Of a stretch of DNA of 64,000 bases, positions 47,473-61,625 are shown piece by piece. Source of the DNA: Raja brachyura. Its lineage: Eukaryota. Location of the stretch: contig OY740790.1 of assembly GCA_963514005.1 (NCBI GenBank), positions 4,340,001 through 4,404,000 of the forward strand. Reading direction: 5' to 3'. Position numbers and translations under genes: made by a program. A model generated the notes under the pieces. That model did no database searches, had not been told where the DNA came from, and saw only the letters and a list, made by a program, of their open reading frames with translations. Position 1 is the first letter of the stretch, and each line of letters opens with the position of its first letter.

Positions 47473-48959
47473 GAGTTCACTCCCTGTGTCCACGTGGGTT
47501 TTCTCCGGGTGCCCCGGTTTCCTCCCACCCTTCCTCCCAAAGACTTGCCGGTTTGTAGCTCAATTGTCTTCAGTAAGTTGTGAAATTGTCCCTGGTCTGT
47601 AGGATAGTGTTTGTGTATGGGGCGATCGCTGGTCGGCAGGGTCTGGGTAGGACGAAGGGCCTGTTTCCGTGCTCTATCTCTAGTTTAAACAGAGGAGGTA
47701 GTTGAGGCAGGTACTATAACAACAGTTAAAAGACACTTGGAGATGGGTTTAGAGGGACATGGGCGAATGCGGGCAGGTGGGACTAGCTGGGTTGGCATGG
47801 GCAAGTTGGGCCGAAGGGCCTGTTTCCCTGCTGTGTGACTCTGACTCTCTCTCACTTTATGAATCCTGGCCTTTGCGTTTGTTGCCCTTTTTGATGGCCG
47901 TAATCTGCCTTTTGCTTTGCATACGTTATTTGCCTCTGAGGCACCGACTTTTTAAAACTTTTTGACAACAATTGCCAATTGTCTTCCTCTTTAGTCCAGG
48001 ACATTTGATACTTTTCAATCCTGGGCAACCCCCAATGCTGATTTACACGTGGGTAGCTTCCAAACTAAGGGCGGCACGGTGGTGCAGCGGTAGAGTTGCT
48101 GCCTCACAGCGCCAGAGACCCGGGTTCCATCCTGACTACGCGTGCTGTCTGTACGGAGTTTGTACGTTTGTGCAGGTTTGTAGGTTAATTGGCTTCTGTA
48201 ACTTGTTCCTAGTCTGTGCGATAGTAGTGTACGGATGCTCGCTGGTTGGCGCAGACTCGGTGGGCTGAAGGTCCCGTTTCCGTGCTGTATCGTTAAACTA
48301 ACCATGCAAAATAACAGTATGAACAATGAAAATCCCTCATAATTTGAACTAATATTTTCTGTGCACTTGACAGCCATCTAACTAACCAAAACCCCAATCC
48401 CTCTTCTTTCCCCCTCTCTTCTCTGGACCCTACCAGAAACTGCATCCATTTCCCTCATTATCTGGCCCCTCTCCTTATTTACCCTCCCCTTCCGTTGCTA
48501 TCCCCCCCCCCCCCCCCTTCCATTACTATCCTCTCCTCCAGCTTCACATTTCGTGCCTCCTCTCTTCTTGTCTCACAGGCTTAAGTTAATTATTTTTATC
48601 TCTTGCATTTTTGTCCACCTATCTGCCAGTTAAACCACCCCCAACCTCACCTGTATCCACCTGTCACTTGCAGGAACAAGTAACTGCAGATGCTGCTTTT
48701 TAACCAAAGATGGCCAAAGATACCAAAGTCCTGGAGTAACTCTGACAGCATCCCCAGAGGAAAAGGATAGGTGACGTTTCAGGTCAGGGCTGAAATGTTC
48801 CCTCGCCTTTTCTCCAGAGATATTGCCAGCTGCTGAGTTACTCCAGCATTTTGTGTCTCTCCACCTATCACTTGCTTGGCTTTGTCCCATCCAGTCTTAT
48901 AAGCCTCCTGTCTCTCCCCCCCCCCCCCCACCACCTCCCCCATCACCATTACAAATGCC

Positions 48960-49280
48960 CTGAAGAAGGGTCCCGACCTGAAACGTCACCTATCCATGTT
49001 CTCCGGAGATGCTGCCTGACCCGCTGAGTTACTCCAGCACTCTGTGAAACGTCACCTATCCATGTTCTCCGGAGATGCTGCCTGACCCGCTGAGTTACTC
49101 CAGCACTCTGTGAAACGTCACCTATCCATGTTCTCCACAGATGCTGCCTGACCCGCTGAGTTACTCCAGCACTCTGTGAAACGTCACCTATCCATGTTCT
49201 CCACAGATGCTGCCTGACCCGCTGAGTTACTCCAGCACTTTGTCGCTTTTTATTTTGGAAATCAGCATCTGCAGTTCCTT
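48960..49280 (+). repeat. 66-bp tandem array (4 units) headed by a full hammerhead core, ending in the normal pLTR tail
   Basis: CUGAAGA 48960-48966; units at 48979, 49045, 49111, 49177. Confidence 0.92.
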
Positions 49281-49628
49281 GGTCTCCTACCATAATGTGT
49301 TCAGATTTTTTTTTGACCACGTTCCAGGGACTGATGCAACAGCAAACTCCATCCCAATGCTTGCAATGGGCTTCGGACTGAAGGAAATCTGGTTAAGAAA
49401 CTGGACTAGAGGCATCAATGCCTGGAAAACTTGGCAGTATCATCATTATATTTATTGCCTGCTAATCACATGACAAAACATTAAATCAAAAACATCTGAT
49501 AGTTTTGTTGGAAGGAACTGCAGATGCTGGTTTAAACCGAAGATAGACACAAAAAGGTGGAGTAACTCAGCGGGTCAGTCAGCGTCTCTGGAGAGAAGGA
49601 ATAGGTGACGTTTCAGGCCGAGACTCTT

Positions 49629-50452
49629 AGAAACATAGAAACATAGAAATTAGGTGCAGGAGTAGGCCATTCGGCCCTTCGAGTCTGCACCGCCATTCAA
49701 TATGATCATGGCTGATCATCCAACTCAGTATCCCGTACCTGCCTTCTCTCCATACCCTCTGATCCTTTTAGCCACAAGGGCCACATCTAACTCCCTCTTA
49801 AATATAGCCAATGAACTGGCCTCAACTACCCTCTGTGGCAGAGAGTTCCAGAGACCCACCACTCTCTGTGTGAAAAAAGTCCTTCTCATCTCGGTCCTAA
49901 AGGATTTCCCCCTTATCCTTGAGCTGTGACCCCTTGTCCTGGACCTGCTCAACATCGGGAACAATCTTCCTGCATCTAGCCTGTCCAACCCCTTAAGAAT
50001 TTTGTAAGTTTCTATAAGATCCCCTCTCAATCTCCTAAATTCTAGAGAGTATAAACCGAGTCTATCCAGTCTTTCTTCATAAGACAGTCCTGACATCCCA
50101 GGAATCAGTCTGGTGAACCTTCAATGCACTCCCTCTATGGCAATAATGTCCTTCCTCAGATTTGGAGACCAGAACTGTACACAATACTCCAGGTGTGGTC
50201 TCACCAAGACCCTGTACAACTGAAGTAGAACCTCCCTGCTCCTATACTCAAATCCTTTTGCTATGAATGCTAACATACCATTCGCTTTCTTCACTGCCTG
50301 CTGCACCTGCATGCCTACTTTCAATGACTGGTGTACCATGACACCCAGGTCGCGCTGCATCTCCCCTTTTCCTAATCGGCCACCATTTAGATAATAGTCT
50401 GCTTTCCTGTTTTTGCCACCAAAGTGGATAACCTCACATTTATCCACATTAT
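49629..50452 (-). mobile_element. CR1-clade LINE 3' end
   Basis: NVDKCEVIHFG..RDLGV..WNSLP. Confidence 0.92.
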
Positions 50453-51114
50453 ACTCCAGCTTTTTTGTGTGTAACATCTGGAAGGTTTTGTCTTGATGTT
50501 CCCGCTTTATCTTTCTGCGAATGCTGCCTGGCTCCAGTGTTGCCAACACTGGTGTTTTGGCTTTCCAGCTTTTTGTAATTGCCTTTTACTCACACAACGA
50601 CTCTGCAACAGGTTGAAACATTAAACACTCAATTAGCGAGCTTGTGAAATGCTGCACGCTATCCAGTCTTCAAAACTAACATGAAGTGAAAGGGGAGTGG
50701 GGGCGTGTTAATACTTGGAGGCAGAATAGACGTTTGGAACGGCGGGACTGAACTGTGCGATTGTGAGAGTGGACTTCAATTGCTTCAGTGATTATACACA
50801 ATCTATGGTGTGACATGCGTCTTGACCTAACAGTCCACAGCAGGTAGATACAAAAAGCTGGAGTGACTCAGCGGGTCAGGCAGCAGCTCTGGAGAGATGG
50901 AACGGGTGGCGTTTCGAGTCGGGACCCTTCTTCACACCAGTCGGGGGTCCACAGCAGGGATTACTTTAAATCATAAATAAGCCCTATTATGCAAGTATTG
51001 TGTTGACGTTCCTCTTATATTTGATATTTAATATTTCAGTATTAAAAAATATATTTTTAGTTCATAGTTCATTGGGTTCTGTGACAAGTTAAATACATTT
51101 GTTAGCTCAAATAT

Positions 51115-52125
51115 TAGCAATGTTACCAAATTTTGAGGTTTTAAAAATCAAGTCTGCAATTTATCCCATCAGATAAAGCATAAAAAGAAGTTTAATTTGA
51201 CACCTAATTTACTTTCATATCTTCAGTATTAAGAAAGTTATGGCCATTTTCATACTCGGAAATTAGCATCTTGCTTCCCATTGCCTTTCAATTGACTTAA
51301 CTCAAAAGCTGTGATCTGGAAAAGTTAAAAGTCCATAACATTCTTAAAAATTAAGAGAACTCAATGAAATTTTCAGTTATTATAGATTGAAGCATTCTGA
51401 AACAAATATTAAACAATCTTACTTGGATTACCTGAAATTAAAGCATATAATTAGTTAGTTATCTAATTGTAGCTAATTACAAAATTCAATGAGCAGATCT
51501 AAACATCTATCAATTTCTTAAGAAAAGATAATTTTTTTTTAAATTGCCTAAGTGTCCAAATAACATTCACACAATAATCCACAATATAACTTAATTTTTA
51601 AATCTCATTTTCATGAATTTCTGGGCCAAATGGAAGGAATTTAGTGTTTTATGCTGTAAATTAATGGCCATTTAAATCAACTAGCGAGTGGGTTTTAGTG
51701 GAATGCGGTGGATTAGAACGTTGCGGTTAGCGGTGAAGTCGGGGGGAAAAATACTGGGGGTTCATACATTTTTTGGGGACCCCATTTCGCAACATAAAAA
51801 TATTATTAATGCCTCCCGAAAAACCAACTTTAATATAAAAATAAAGTATTTACCTTTTTTTCTCCCCTACGCAAAATGCTTCCGGTTGTCTGCGGTCACG
51901 GCTTTTGAAGGTGATTTTTAAATTACTCTAGTTAATAAATAATCTAGAGTAATTTAAAAATACCACCATTGATGAAATGTCGGAGCGATTTTTCTTCAGC
52001 AACGAAATTGCCCGACATTCATCGATTATCCAGGCCTGTGGAAAAACGGCACTTTAAGCCCGCCCACCTCTGCAAGGAGCGGCAGAAGTGCAGCGCCGGT
52101 AAAGATAAGTTTTGTAACATACCTA
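51115..52125. mobile_element. Second copy of the TAG...CTA DNA transposon
   Basis: Same termini; perfect 7-bp TSD caaatat 51108-51114 / 52126-52132. Confidence 0.88.
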
Positions 52126-52694
52126 CAAATATACTATTCTATCCATTCTGAATTCTAAGGTGGAAGAAATTATAAGTTACAAAACAGGAAATAGGACAAA
52201 AAAAGGTGGATAAAATATTTTAATAAGGGTGCTCGTGATTTTGTTTTTTGTGCTTGTTTCCATTAAATTAAATCGTACTAGTTTTGGGCAACCATGTAGT
52301 CCGCATATTTATTGACAAAAGATTTTCACTTTAGTTTAGTGATACAGCACAGAAACAGGCCCTTCGGCCCACCGGGTCCGCGCTGAGCAGCAATCCCCGC
52401 ACACTAACACAACCCTACACACACTAGGGACAATTTTACATTTATATCAAGCCAATTAACCTACAAACCTGCACGTCTGTGTGTGCGAGTGGGGGGGGGG
52501 GGGGGGGGGGGGGAAACCGAACATCTTGAAGAAAAGCCACGCAGGTCACGGGGAGAAGGTACAAACTTCGTACGGACAGCACCCGTAGTCGGGATCGAAC
52601 CCAGGTCTCTGGCGCTGTGAGGCAGCAACTCTACCGTTGTGCCACCGTGCCAACCTCGGCACACATGACAATAAACTAAACTCAAGCTCCTTAA

Positions 52695-52971
52695 AGGGCC
52701 TGTCCCTCTTTCCCACGAATTCTTCCGGGTTTTCCCCTTGATTCAAACTCGGAGAATGTCCGTAGCAAGGCCGTAGGAGTCCGTAGATATATCGTAGCAG
52801 CTCACAATGCCAGCCGTAGGTACTCGGGGCATCAGGTAAGTTGGAACGTTTTTTCCAGCCTGATAGAAATGTCCACGAGTTAAAAGATAGTCGGGAGGAG
52901 GAGTTCGTAGATCACAAAAACCTTGATTTTTTTTTAAGGTCCTTTCAACTCGGGAAAGTGGGACCGGCCCT
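52695..52971. mobile_element. PIF/Harbinger-like MITE
   Basis: agggcctgtccc...gggaccggccct; TAA TSD. Confidence 0.78.
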
Positions 52972-53999
52972 TAAGTCAAATTCCTCCCATATCTAATTGC
53001 TTTGTCTTCACTGAAGGCAGATGGGACCGGGCCAAGTATCAGCAGATGCTTCTTATTAAATGATCTCCAGTGCTGTAATCCTTGCAGACCGCATGAGAAT
53101 GCATCTGCCCCCATACTCTTCCTTTCCGTATGGACACGGGGGAATTATTGGCCTGTTTTTTGTTTCCCCGCCTAAATCCATGAAATAACTGCAGTAAAAC
53201 TTGTGCCTGTGATGAGGAACAGCAAAATATTTGGGGTTTTGCACTGTAATTTGAGCGAGCTATGATGTGACCCGAAGTCTGGTTGTAATTTGATTTTGAT
53301 GGATGATGTTTTAAGATCATAATCATTTGATGGGGTGTTGCTGAGAAGAATCTGCTCCATGTAATTAAATAAGCATTGGTTATTTTTCCTGCATTCATTT
53401 ATTTTTACTGGACTATTTGAATAAATGCCACAGTTGGAAGTCATTAAATGGTATAGAGTATTCTGTTTCTCATTGCAAAAGCAAAATCTATATTTCAGAC
53501 CGTAACATACTGGTTAAAAGCCTGGTGCTGTTGGGTTGGGTGGTGGTCTTGACCTTTGAACTAATTTAGTTGCTAGGGAAATGGGCTCTTCAGAGTCCAG
53601 CTGGAAGATCATACCTTTTAATAGAATAATCAATGGTCTTGTTCAGTGCATGCTTTGTGGTTTATTAATCTGATCATTACCAGGCTTTTCAAATACTTTT
53701 CCCTTCTGTGGCATGTATTTCTTCCCTCTTTTAGAGAGCCATGGACTGATGCAGTGTGGATATGGGCCCTTGGGCCTAACTTGCCCACACCGACCAACAT
53801 GCACCATCTACACTAGTCCCACCTGCCTAAGTTTGGCCATTATCCCTCTAAACCTGTCCTATCCACTAAATGTTTTTAAACATTGCAATAGTCCCTGCCT
53901 CAACCACCTCCTTCAGCAGCTTGTTCCATGCGCCTCTTTTATGTTATCCCTCGGGTTCCTATTTAATCTTCTCTCCCTCACTTTTAACCTATGTTTTCT

Positions 54000-54520
54000 A
54001 TATAACCATATAACCATATAACAATTACAGCACGGAAACAGGCCTTCTCGGCCCTTCCAGTCCGTGCTGACCATTTATTTTCCCCTAGTCCCATCTACCT
54101 GAACTCAGACCATACCCCTCCATTCCCTTCCCGTCCATATACCTATCCACTTTACTTTTAAATGTTAAAATCGATCCTGCCTCCACCGCTTCTGCAGGAA
54201 AATCATTCCACACAGCCACCACTCTCTGAGTAAAGAAGTTCCCCCTCATGTTACCCCTAATCTTCTGTCCCTTAATTCTCATGTCATGCCCTCTTGTTTG
54301 AATCTTCCCTACCCTCAATGGGAAAAGCTTATCCACGTCAACTCTGTCTATCCCTTTCATCATTTTAAAGACCTCAATCAAGTCCCCCCTTAACCTTCTG
54401 CGCTCCAAAGAATAAAGACCTAACTTGTTCAACCTTTCTCTGTAACTTAGTTGCTGGAACCCAGGCAACATTCTAGTAAATCTCCTCTGTACTCTCTCTA
54501 TTTTGTTGACATCCTTCATA
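54000..54520 (-). mobile_element. CR1-clade LINE 3' end (different subfamily)
   Basis: ERVQRRFTRMLPG..SLERRRLRGDLIEVFK..WNDFP. Confidence 0.88.
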
Positions 54521-54581
54521 TAAAATTCTAATTACAAAAAAAAGTCGCAAAGTGCTGGAGTAACTCAGCGGGTCAGGCGAG

Positions 54582-55110
54582 GGAGAGGTTCACTTGCACC
54601 TCCTCCAACCTCATCTACTGTTTCCGCTCCTCAAGGTGTCAACTTCTCTACATCAGCGAGACCAAGCGCAGGCTTGGCGATCATTTCTTCAAACACCTCC
54701 ACTCAGTCCGTCCTAACCTATCTGATCTCCCGGTTGCTCAGTACTTTAACTCCCCTTCCCATTTCCAATCTGACCTTTCTGTGTTGGGCCTCCTCCATTG
54801 TCAGAGTGAGGCCCAGCGCAAATTGGAGGAACAGCACCTCATATTTTGGGTAGTTTACACCCCAGCGGTGTGAACATTGACTTCTCTAACTTCAAATAGC
54901 CTTTGCTTTTCCTCTCTCTCTCTCTCCATCCCCTCCCCCTTCCCAGTTCCCCACCAGTCTTACTGTCTCCGACTACATCCTATCTTTGTCCCACCCACTC
55001 CCATGGCTCTCAGTCTGAAGAAGGGTCTCTACCCGAAAAGCGTCACCCATTCCCTCTCCCCAGAGATGCTGCCTGTCCCGCCGAGTTACTCCAGCATTTT
55101 GTGTCCACCT
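54582..55110 (+). mobile_element. Older Penelope-like element remnant with hammerhead motif
   Basis: Degenerate GIY-YIG coding (FTCTSSNLIYC...EEQHLIF) and ctgaagaagggtctctacccgaaa. Confidence 0.8.
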
Positions 55111-55861
55111 TCTCTGTAATTTCTTGCGGGCTTGAATGGAGCAGTTCCCAAACCGAGCTGTGATGCATCCCGATAAAATGCTTTCTACGGCGCATCTGTA
55201 GAAGTTGGTGAGGGTTGTTGGGGACATGCCGAACGTCCTAAGCCTTCTAAGGAAGTCCCCTGGTCTGACTTGTGCAAATGTTACATTACACTATCTGTAA
55301 GTTGGAAAAAAAAAACCCCATGAGATGTTGTATATTTTCTGGGCCTATGTTTGTGTTACGCAAATCATACTGCAGTAGTATGGAACTTTATCAATGCAGT
55401 AACTTGTTCTGACTGTTATAATTGCAATCCTGTGAATATAGTATCGGCTAAATGATCCAGGTCAACTCCTTGCTGAATATAAGCATTTGTCATTCCTCTT
55501 GCGATGCTGATGGCACGACTGTTTCAATTGGTGCCAGCTGTGTTACAAAATTCATAACTTGAACGCTTTTGAAATTATAGTGCTTTCATGTGTAAGCATT
55601 AAAGGTCTTGGGTCAACTATTTCTATCTATGGTCCATACTCGATCATGAAGGTTTGATGCATTGTTTGCAATGGGCTTTTGGAGTTCTTTAGTCTTTGCT
55701 GCCACTTGTACTTTCTAACAGTCTGTGGAGACCACTGTACCTTTGCTTCCAGCAAGACAGTTAAGAGTTCAAAGTCAATGCAAATCATCAGTAATTTCAA
55801 GAATAGTGTCCACATTTATACATCGCTTTAGGCTTTAACAGCAACATTATTTTTTATTTGA

Positions 55862-56240
55862 TTGAGGGGGGATCTGATAGAGGCTTACAAAATTCTTAAG
55901 GGGTTGGGCAGGCTAGATGCAGGAAGATTGTTCCCGATGTTGGGGAAGTCCAGAACAAGGGTCACACAGTTTAAGGATAAGGGGCAATTCTTTTAGGACC
56001 GAGATGAGAAAATCATTTTTCACACAGAGAGTGGTGAATCTGTGGAATTCTCTGCCACAGAAGATAGTTGAGGCCAGTTCTTTGGCTATATTTAAGAGGG
56101 AGTTAGATGTGGCCCTTGTGGCGAAGGGGATCAGAGGGTATGGAGAGAAGGCAGGTACGGGATACTGAGTTGGATGATCAGCCATGATCATATTGAATGG
56201 CGGTGCAGGCTCGAAGGGCCGAATGGCCTACTCCTGCGCC
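55862..56240 (+). mobile_element. CR1-clade LINE 3' end
   Basis: FFTQRVVNLWNSLP ORF and 3' UTR hairpin. Confidence 0.88.
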
Positions 56241-56837
56241 TATTCTCTACGATTCTATGATTTTGCTTTAAATCAACTTATTCCCTCGTTCATAAGTGAT
56301 AGGAGCAGAATTAGGCCATTCGGCCCATCAAGTCTACTCCACCATTCAATCATTGCTGATCTATCTCTCCCTCCCAACCCCATTCTCCCGCCTTCTTCCC
56401 ATTACCCCAAACACCTGTACCAATCAAGAATCTATCCATCTTTACCTTAAAAATATCCATTGACTCGGCCTCCACAGCCTTCAGTGGCAATTGATTCCAC
56501 AGATTCATAACCCTCTGACCAAATAAGTTCCTCCTTGTCCTCTTCCTTATGGAATGTCCTTGTATTCTGAGGCTATGCCCTCTGGTCCTGGTCTCTCCCA
56601 CTAGTGGAGACATGTTCTCCACATCCACTCTATCCAGACCTTTCACTATTCGGTACGTTTGTCCTCTTCTGCTGCTAACCATTTTCTTGGGCTTGTCGTC
56701 CCAAAGTAAGTTCTGTGCAACAAATTGACTTGGTTTTTCAACTTTGCTTTGTTCCTGCGTGTATGAAGATGCCCGAGTAGCTTTCTTCCATTCTACCTCA
56801 TTTCATCCATAAATGACCATGAGATTGTTTTTGAGTT

Positions 56838-57165
56838 AGACAATAGAAAATAGGTGCAGGAGTAGGCCATTCAGCCCTTTGAGCCAGCACCGCCATTCAA
56901 TATGATCGTGGCTGATCATCCCCAATCAGTACCCCGTTCCTGCCTTCTCCCCATATCCCCTGACTCCGCTATTTTTAAGAGCCCTTTCTAGCTCTCTCTT
57001 GAAAGCATCCAGAGAACCTGCCTCCACCGCCCTCTGAGGCAGAGAATTCCACAGACTCACAACTCTCTGTGTGAAAAAGTGTTTCCTCATCTCTGTTCTA
57101 AATCGTTTACCCCTCATTCTTAAACTGTGGCCCCTGGTTCTGGACTCCCCCAACATTAAGAACAT
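56838..57165 (-). mobile_element. CR1-clade LINE 3' end
   Basis: MRGKRFRTEMRKHFF...ELERALKNSG. Confidence 0.88.
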
Positions 57166-57284
57166 AGTTCTGAAGGGATCTAAATATTAATTGAGGTGCG
57201 AGGTGGAGAGGGAGAAGTTTGCTTGTTATTCCATAGGATAATTCCATCCTATTATGATGGAACATTGCTTTTGTGTTGGGTATA

Positions 57285-57785
57285 GGTTTAGTTTATTGTC
57301 ATGTGTACCGAGGTCCAGTGAAAAGCTTTTTTGTGGCGTGCTAGCCAGTCAGCGGAAAGACTATACATGATTACAATCGAGCTGTCCACAGTGTATATAC
57401 AGGATAATGTGGATAACGTTTACTGCAGGATAAGGCCAGGAAAGTCCATCAAAGATAGTCCAATGGTCACCAATGAGGTAGATAGTGGCTCAAGGCAGCT
57501 CTCTGGTTGTTGATGGGACGGTTCAGCCACCTGATAACAGCTGGGAAGAAACTGTCCCTGAATCTGGAGGTGTGCGTTTTACACTTCTGTATCTCTTGCC
57601 TGATGGGAGAGGGGAGAAGAGGGAGTGGCCGGGGTGAGACTGGTCCTTGATGATGCTGCTGGCCTTGCCGAGGCAGGGTGAGGTGTAGATGGAGTCGATG
57701 GAAGGGAGGTTGGTTTGTGTGATGGTCTGGGCTGCGTCCACAATCTTTTACAATTTCTTGCCGTCTTGGATGGAGCTGTTCCCAA
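57285..57785 (-). mobile_element. Rex1/Babar-type LINE 3' end
   Basis: DQSHPGHSLFSPLPSGKRYRS. Confidence 0.8.
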
Positions 57786-58084
57786 GTGTGCTAATGAATC
57801 GTGCATGAGATCTTTGAAACTACCAAAGATAGACGCAAAGTGCTGGAGTAACTCAGTGGGTCATGCAGCATCTCTGGAGAAAAAAGACGGGGGTGCCTTT
57901 TGGGTCAGAACCCTTCTTCCGACCCGAAACGTCACCCATCCTTTTTCTCCAGAGATGCTGCCTGCCCTGTTGCAAGCGGCTGTTTCTGAACCTGATGGCG
58001 TGGGATTTCTGCTTTCTATACCCCCAACTTTCTGGTGGTAGTGAGAAGAGGGATGTCAGGACTGTTTTAAGAACAAAGACTGCA

Positions 58085-58520
58085 TAGACTCGGTTTATAC
58101 TCTCTAGAATTTAGGAGATTGAGAGGGGATCTTATAGAAACTTACAAAATCCTTTAGGGGTTGGACAGGTTAGATGCAGGAAGATTGTTCCGGAATGTTG
58201 GGGAGGTCCAGGACAAGGGGTCGCAGCTTAAGGATAAGGGGGAAATCCTTTAGGACCGAGATGAGAAGGACTTTTTTCACACAGAGAGTGGTGGGTCTCT
58301 GGAACTCTCTGCCATAGAGGGTAGTTGAGGCCAGTTCATTGGCTATATTTAAGAGGGAGTTAGATGTGGCCCTTGTGGCTAAGGGGATCAGTGGGTATGG
58401 AGAGAAGGCAGGTACGGGATACTGAGTTGGATGATCAGCCATAATCATATTGAATGGCGGTGCAGGCTCGAAGGGCCGAATGGCCTACTCCTGCACTTAT
58501 TTTATGTTTCTATGTTTCTA
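58085..58520 (+). mobile_element. CR1-clade LINE 3' end
   Basis: RRTFFTQRVVGLWN variant plus tail. Confidence 0.88.
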
Positions 58521-60994
58521 AGAGGTCATGGCCTGGGTGGTGGGGAACCTCAGGTGCTGTGTGCTCATGCAGGTACTTTGGAGTGGTGTGAAGACTGAGC
58601 CCATCATGGCATAGCTAAGTCAGCCACCCTCTGTTACCTCTAGCATGCCTGTGCCTTGCAATTGTTGTTCCAGGGACTGATAAACCAGACAGAATACATT
58701 CTACTGTAGATTAGATTATAGATACAGCACGGAAACAGACCCTTCGGCCCACCAGGTCCGTGTCAACCAGCGATCCCCGTATATTAACATTATCCTACAC
58801 ACAGTATGGACATTTTTTACGTTTACCAAGCCAATTCACCTACAAACCTGTACGTCCTTGGAGTGTGGGAGGAAAACGAAGATCTCGTAAGAGATCTCGT
58901 GCACGTTCTCCCCGTGAGAAAAGTCACGGGGAGAACGTGCAAACTCCGTACAGACAGCACCCGTAGTCGGGATCGAACCCGGGTCTCTGGCGTTGCAAGC
59001 GCTGTAAGGCAGCAACTCTACCGCTGCACCACCTTGCTGACCACTAATCTGTACATCTGTCGAGGTTTGTTAGTATATTCAGTGACGAGGTGAATCTCCT
59101 GAAGCTTCCCGAGGGGTGCTGGCACGTTGCCTTCATGATTACATCTACGTTGCGAATCTAGGACAACATTGTCACGTGGATGGTGGCGGGTGGACAAAAC
59201 GAGCTGCCGGGGGAAGAAGGTGGCGTGGGGACCATAACGTTTAGACAGGAACATGGATGGGAAAGGTTTAGAGGGATCTGGGCCAAGCACAGCGTGGATG
59301 GGACATCTTGGTCAGCAAGGGAAAGTTGGGCTGAAGGGCCTGTTTCTGCGCTCTATGACTAGTACAGGTCAATCAATAGTGATAAACTGGTGTGAATGGG
59401 GGTGATCAATGGGGGGTGTGGGCTGAGGGACTGATTTCCATGTTGAATCTCGTAACTCAGCTCAATAAATGGCCTCTAGTTTTAAATGCTCTCCCAACTA
59501 TGTCACTTTATTTGACTGCTTTACGGTGTGTAATCAGGGCAACATTTACATCTAGTAATTGTATTCGCCTGCAAATGACCAGTAATATTTTACTGTTTCT
59601 CACATGTACTTTTGTTCACTATGTACTGCTATGTTTCTATGTTACCTTGCGCAGCGGTAGAGTTGCTGCCTTACAGCGCCAGAGACCCATGTTCGATTCT
59701 GTCTACGGGTGCTGACTGTACGGAGTTTGCACGTTCTCCCTGTGACCCGCATGGGTTTCCTCCGGGTGCACTGGTTACCTTCCACATTCCAGCGATGTGC
59801 CGGTTTGTAGGTTAATTGGCTTCTGTAAATTGTCCTTGGTGTGTAGAACTAGGTAGAAGTTGGCATGGACTTGGTGGGCGGAAGGGCCTGTTTCCATGCT
59901 GTATCTCTAAACCTTACTGGTGCACTCCCTCCCATGTGTATCCTAGGTCATCTAACTATTGCAGGTGTCCGTTCCATAGAAAATTGCTCTTTGCAGCTAT
60001 ATCAGAAGCTGCTTCTAAAGCTGTCTTTAGGGATCTTTGGGATGTCAAACTGGTGTAAGAGCAAGCATATTTCTTATTGCACTCTTTGCTCATGTCTGCA
60101 TTCTAACCTCATTAGGCGCTGCCCTTCAACATGGTTGTATACCAAAGTTTGCTCCATAAAATATCCCTCTCTGATAAATAGATGCCACATTGCACATTGA
60201 ACTCTGGCAGTTTGTGACCCGGCAAATCTTCCTATTATTGCTTATTTTATTACCCAAGCTGACGCAAGAGTCATTAGAGTTCTTATCCATTAGAATATGG
60301 GACATTGTAGATAGACAGAAAATGGGCCAAGCACTAACACTGCAACACATGGATAGGTGATGTTTCGGGTCGGGACTCTTCTTCAAACTCCAGCGAGTCT
60401 TTTATGTGTAGGAAGGAACTGCAGGTGTAGGTTTCAACCGAAGATGGACAAAAAAAGCTGGAGTAACTAAGCGGGTCAAACCTCAACTCTGGAGACAAGG
60501 AATAGGTGACAGACCCTTCGTCAAACTCCAGAGAGTCTTTCACATGTTGAGTTATTTTATCCCTGTTCCAAAAATTGCAGAGTGTAACCAGATCTATGAC
60601 CCTTCCCCTTTTTCAGTTACGTCGGTGGAGCGTTGAAATGAACTGTGTTTCAGGTCTGTATATTTCTTTAGACTTGGTCCTGACCCAAAATGTCATCTAT
60701 CCATTCTCTCCAGAGATTCTGCCCGACCCGTTGAATTATTCCAGCACTTTGTCTTCTTATCTTCAGACGTGTATTCCATTTTAGCATTGCCCAATGAAGA
60801 GTTTACAATTCATACATTTTGTGTAAAGTTAGTCTATTGTGAACAATAACATTTTTACTGCACCTCGGTTCCTTCCTGCACATATGAGAGAATGGAGCGG
60901 CTGGGCTTGGACACTCTGTACACTTTAGAAGGATGAGAGGGGATCTTATTGAAACATATAAGATTATTAAGGGAATGGCATCATTACTTCCTTT

Positions 60995-61625
60995 GCGTGC
61001 AGTTTTGGTCTCCTAATTTGAGGAAGGACATTCTTGCTATTGAGGGAGTGCAGCGTAGGTTTACAAGGTTAATTCCCGGGATGGCGGGACTGTCATATGC
61101 TGAGAGAATGGAGCAGCTGGGCTTGTACACTCTGGAGTTTAGAGGGATGAGAGGGAATCTTATTGAAACATATAAAATTATTAAGGGAATGGCAAGCTAG
61201 AGGCAGGAAACATGTTCCCGATGTTGGGGGAGTCCAGAATCAAGGGCCACAGTTTAAGAATGAGGGGTAAACGATTTAGAACAGAGATGAGGAAACACTT
61301 TTTCACACAGAGAGTTGTGAGTCTGTGGAATTCTCTGCCTCAGAGGGCGGTGGAGGCCGGTTCTCAGGATACTTTCAAGAGAGAGCTAGAAAGGGCTCTT
61401 AAAAATAGCGGAGTCAGGGGATATGGGGAGAAGGCAGGAACGGGGTACTGACTGGGGATGATCAGCCCTGACGATGACACGTTGGCCTGGCTCGCCTCAA
61501 CGGAGCTGCAGGTCTAAAGGACATACGACAGAAGAAGATCAGCCATGATCACATTGATTGGCGGTGCTGGCTCAAAGGGCCGAATGGCCTACTCCTGCAC
61601 CTATTGTCCATTGTCTATTGTCTAT
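60995..61625 (+). mobile_element. CR1-clade LINE 3' end
   Basis: VQFWSPNLRKD...MRGKRFRTEMRKHFF; (ctattgt)n tail. Confidence 0.88.
61468..61536 (+). mobile_element. 69-bp 3' end of a Vingi/Ingi-like LINE inserted in a CR1 3' UTR
   Basis: TSD gatcagcc 61460-61467 / 61537-61544; reads DDDTLAWLASTELQV* then catacgacagaagaa. Confidence 0.6.
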
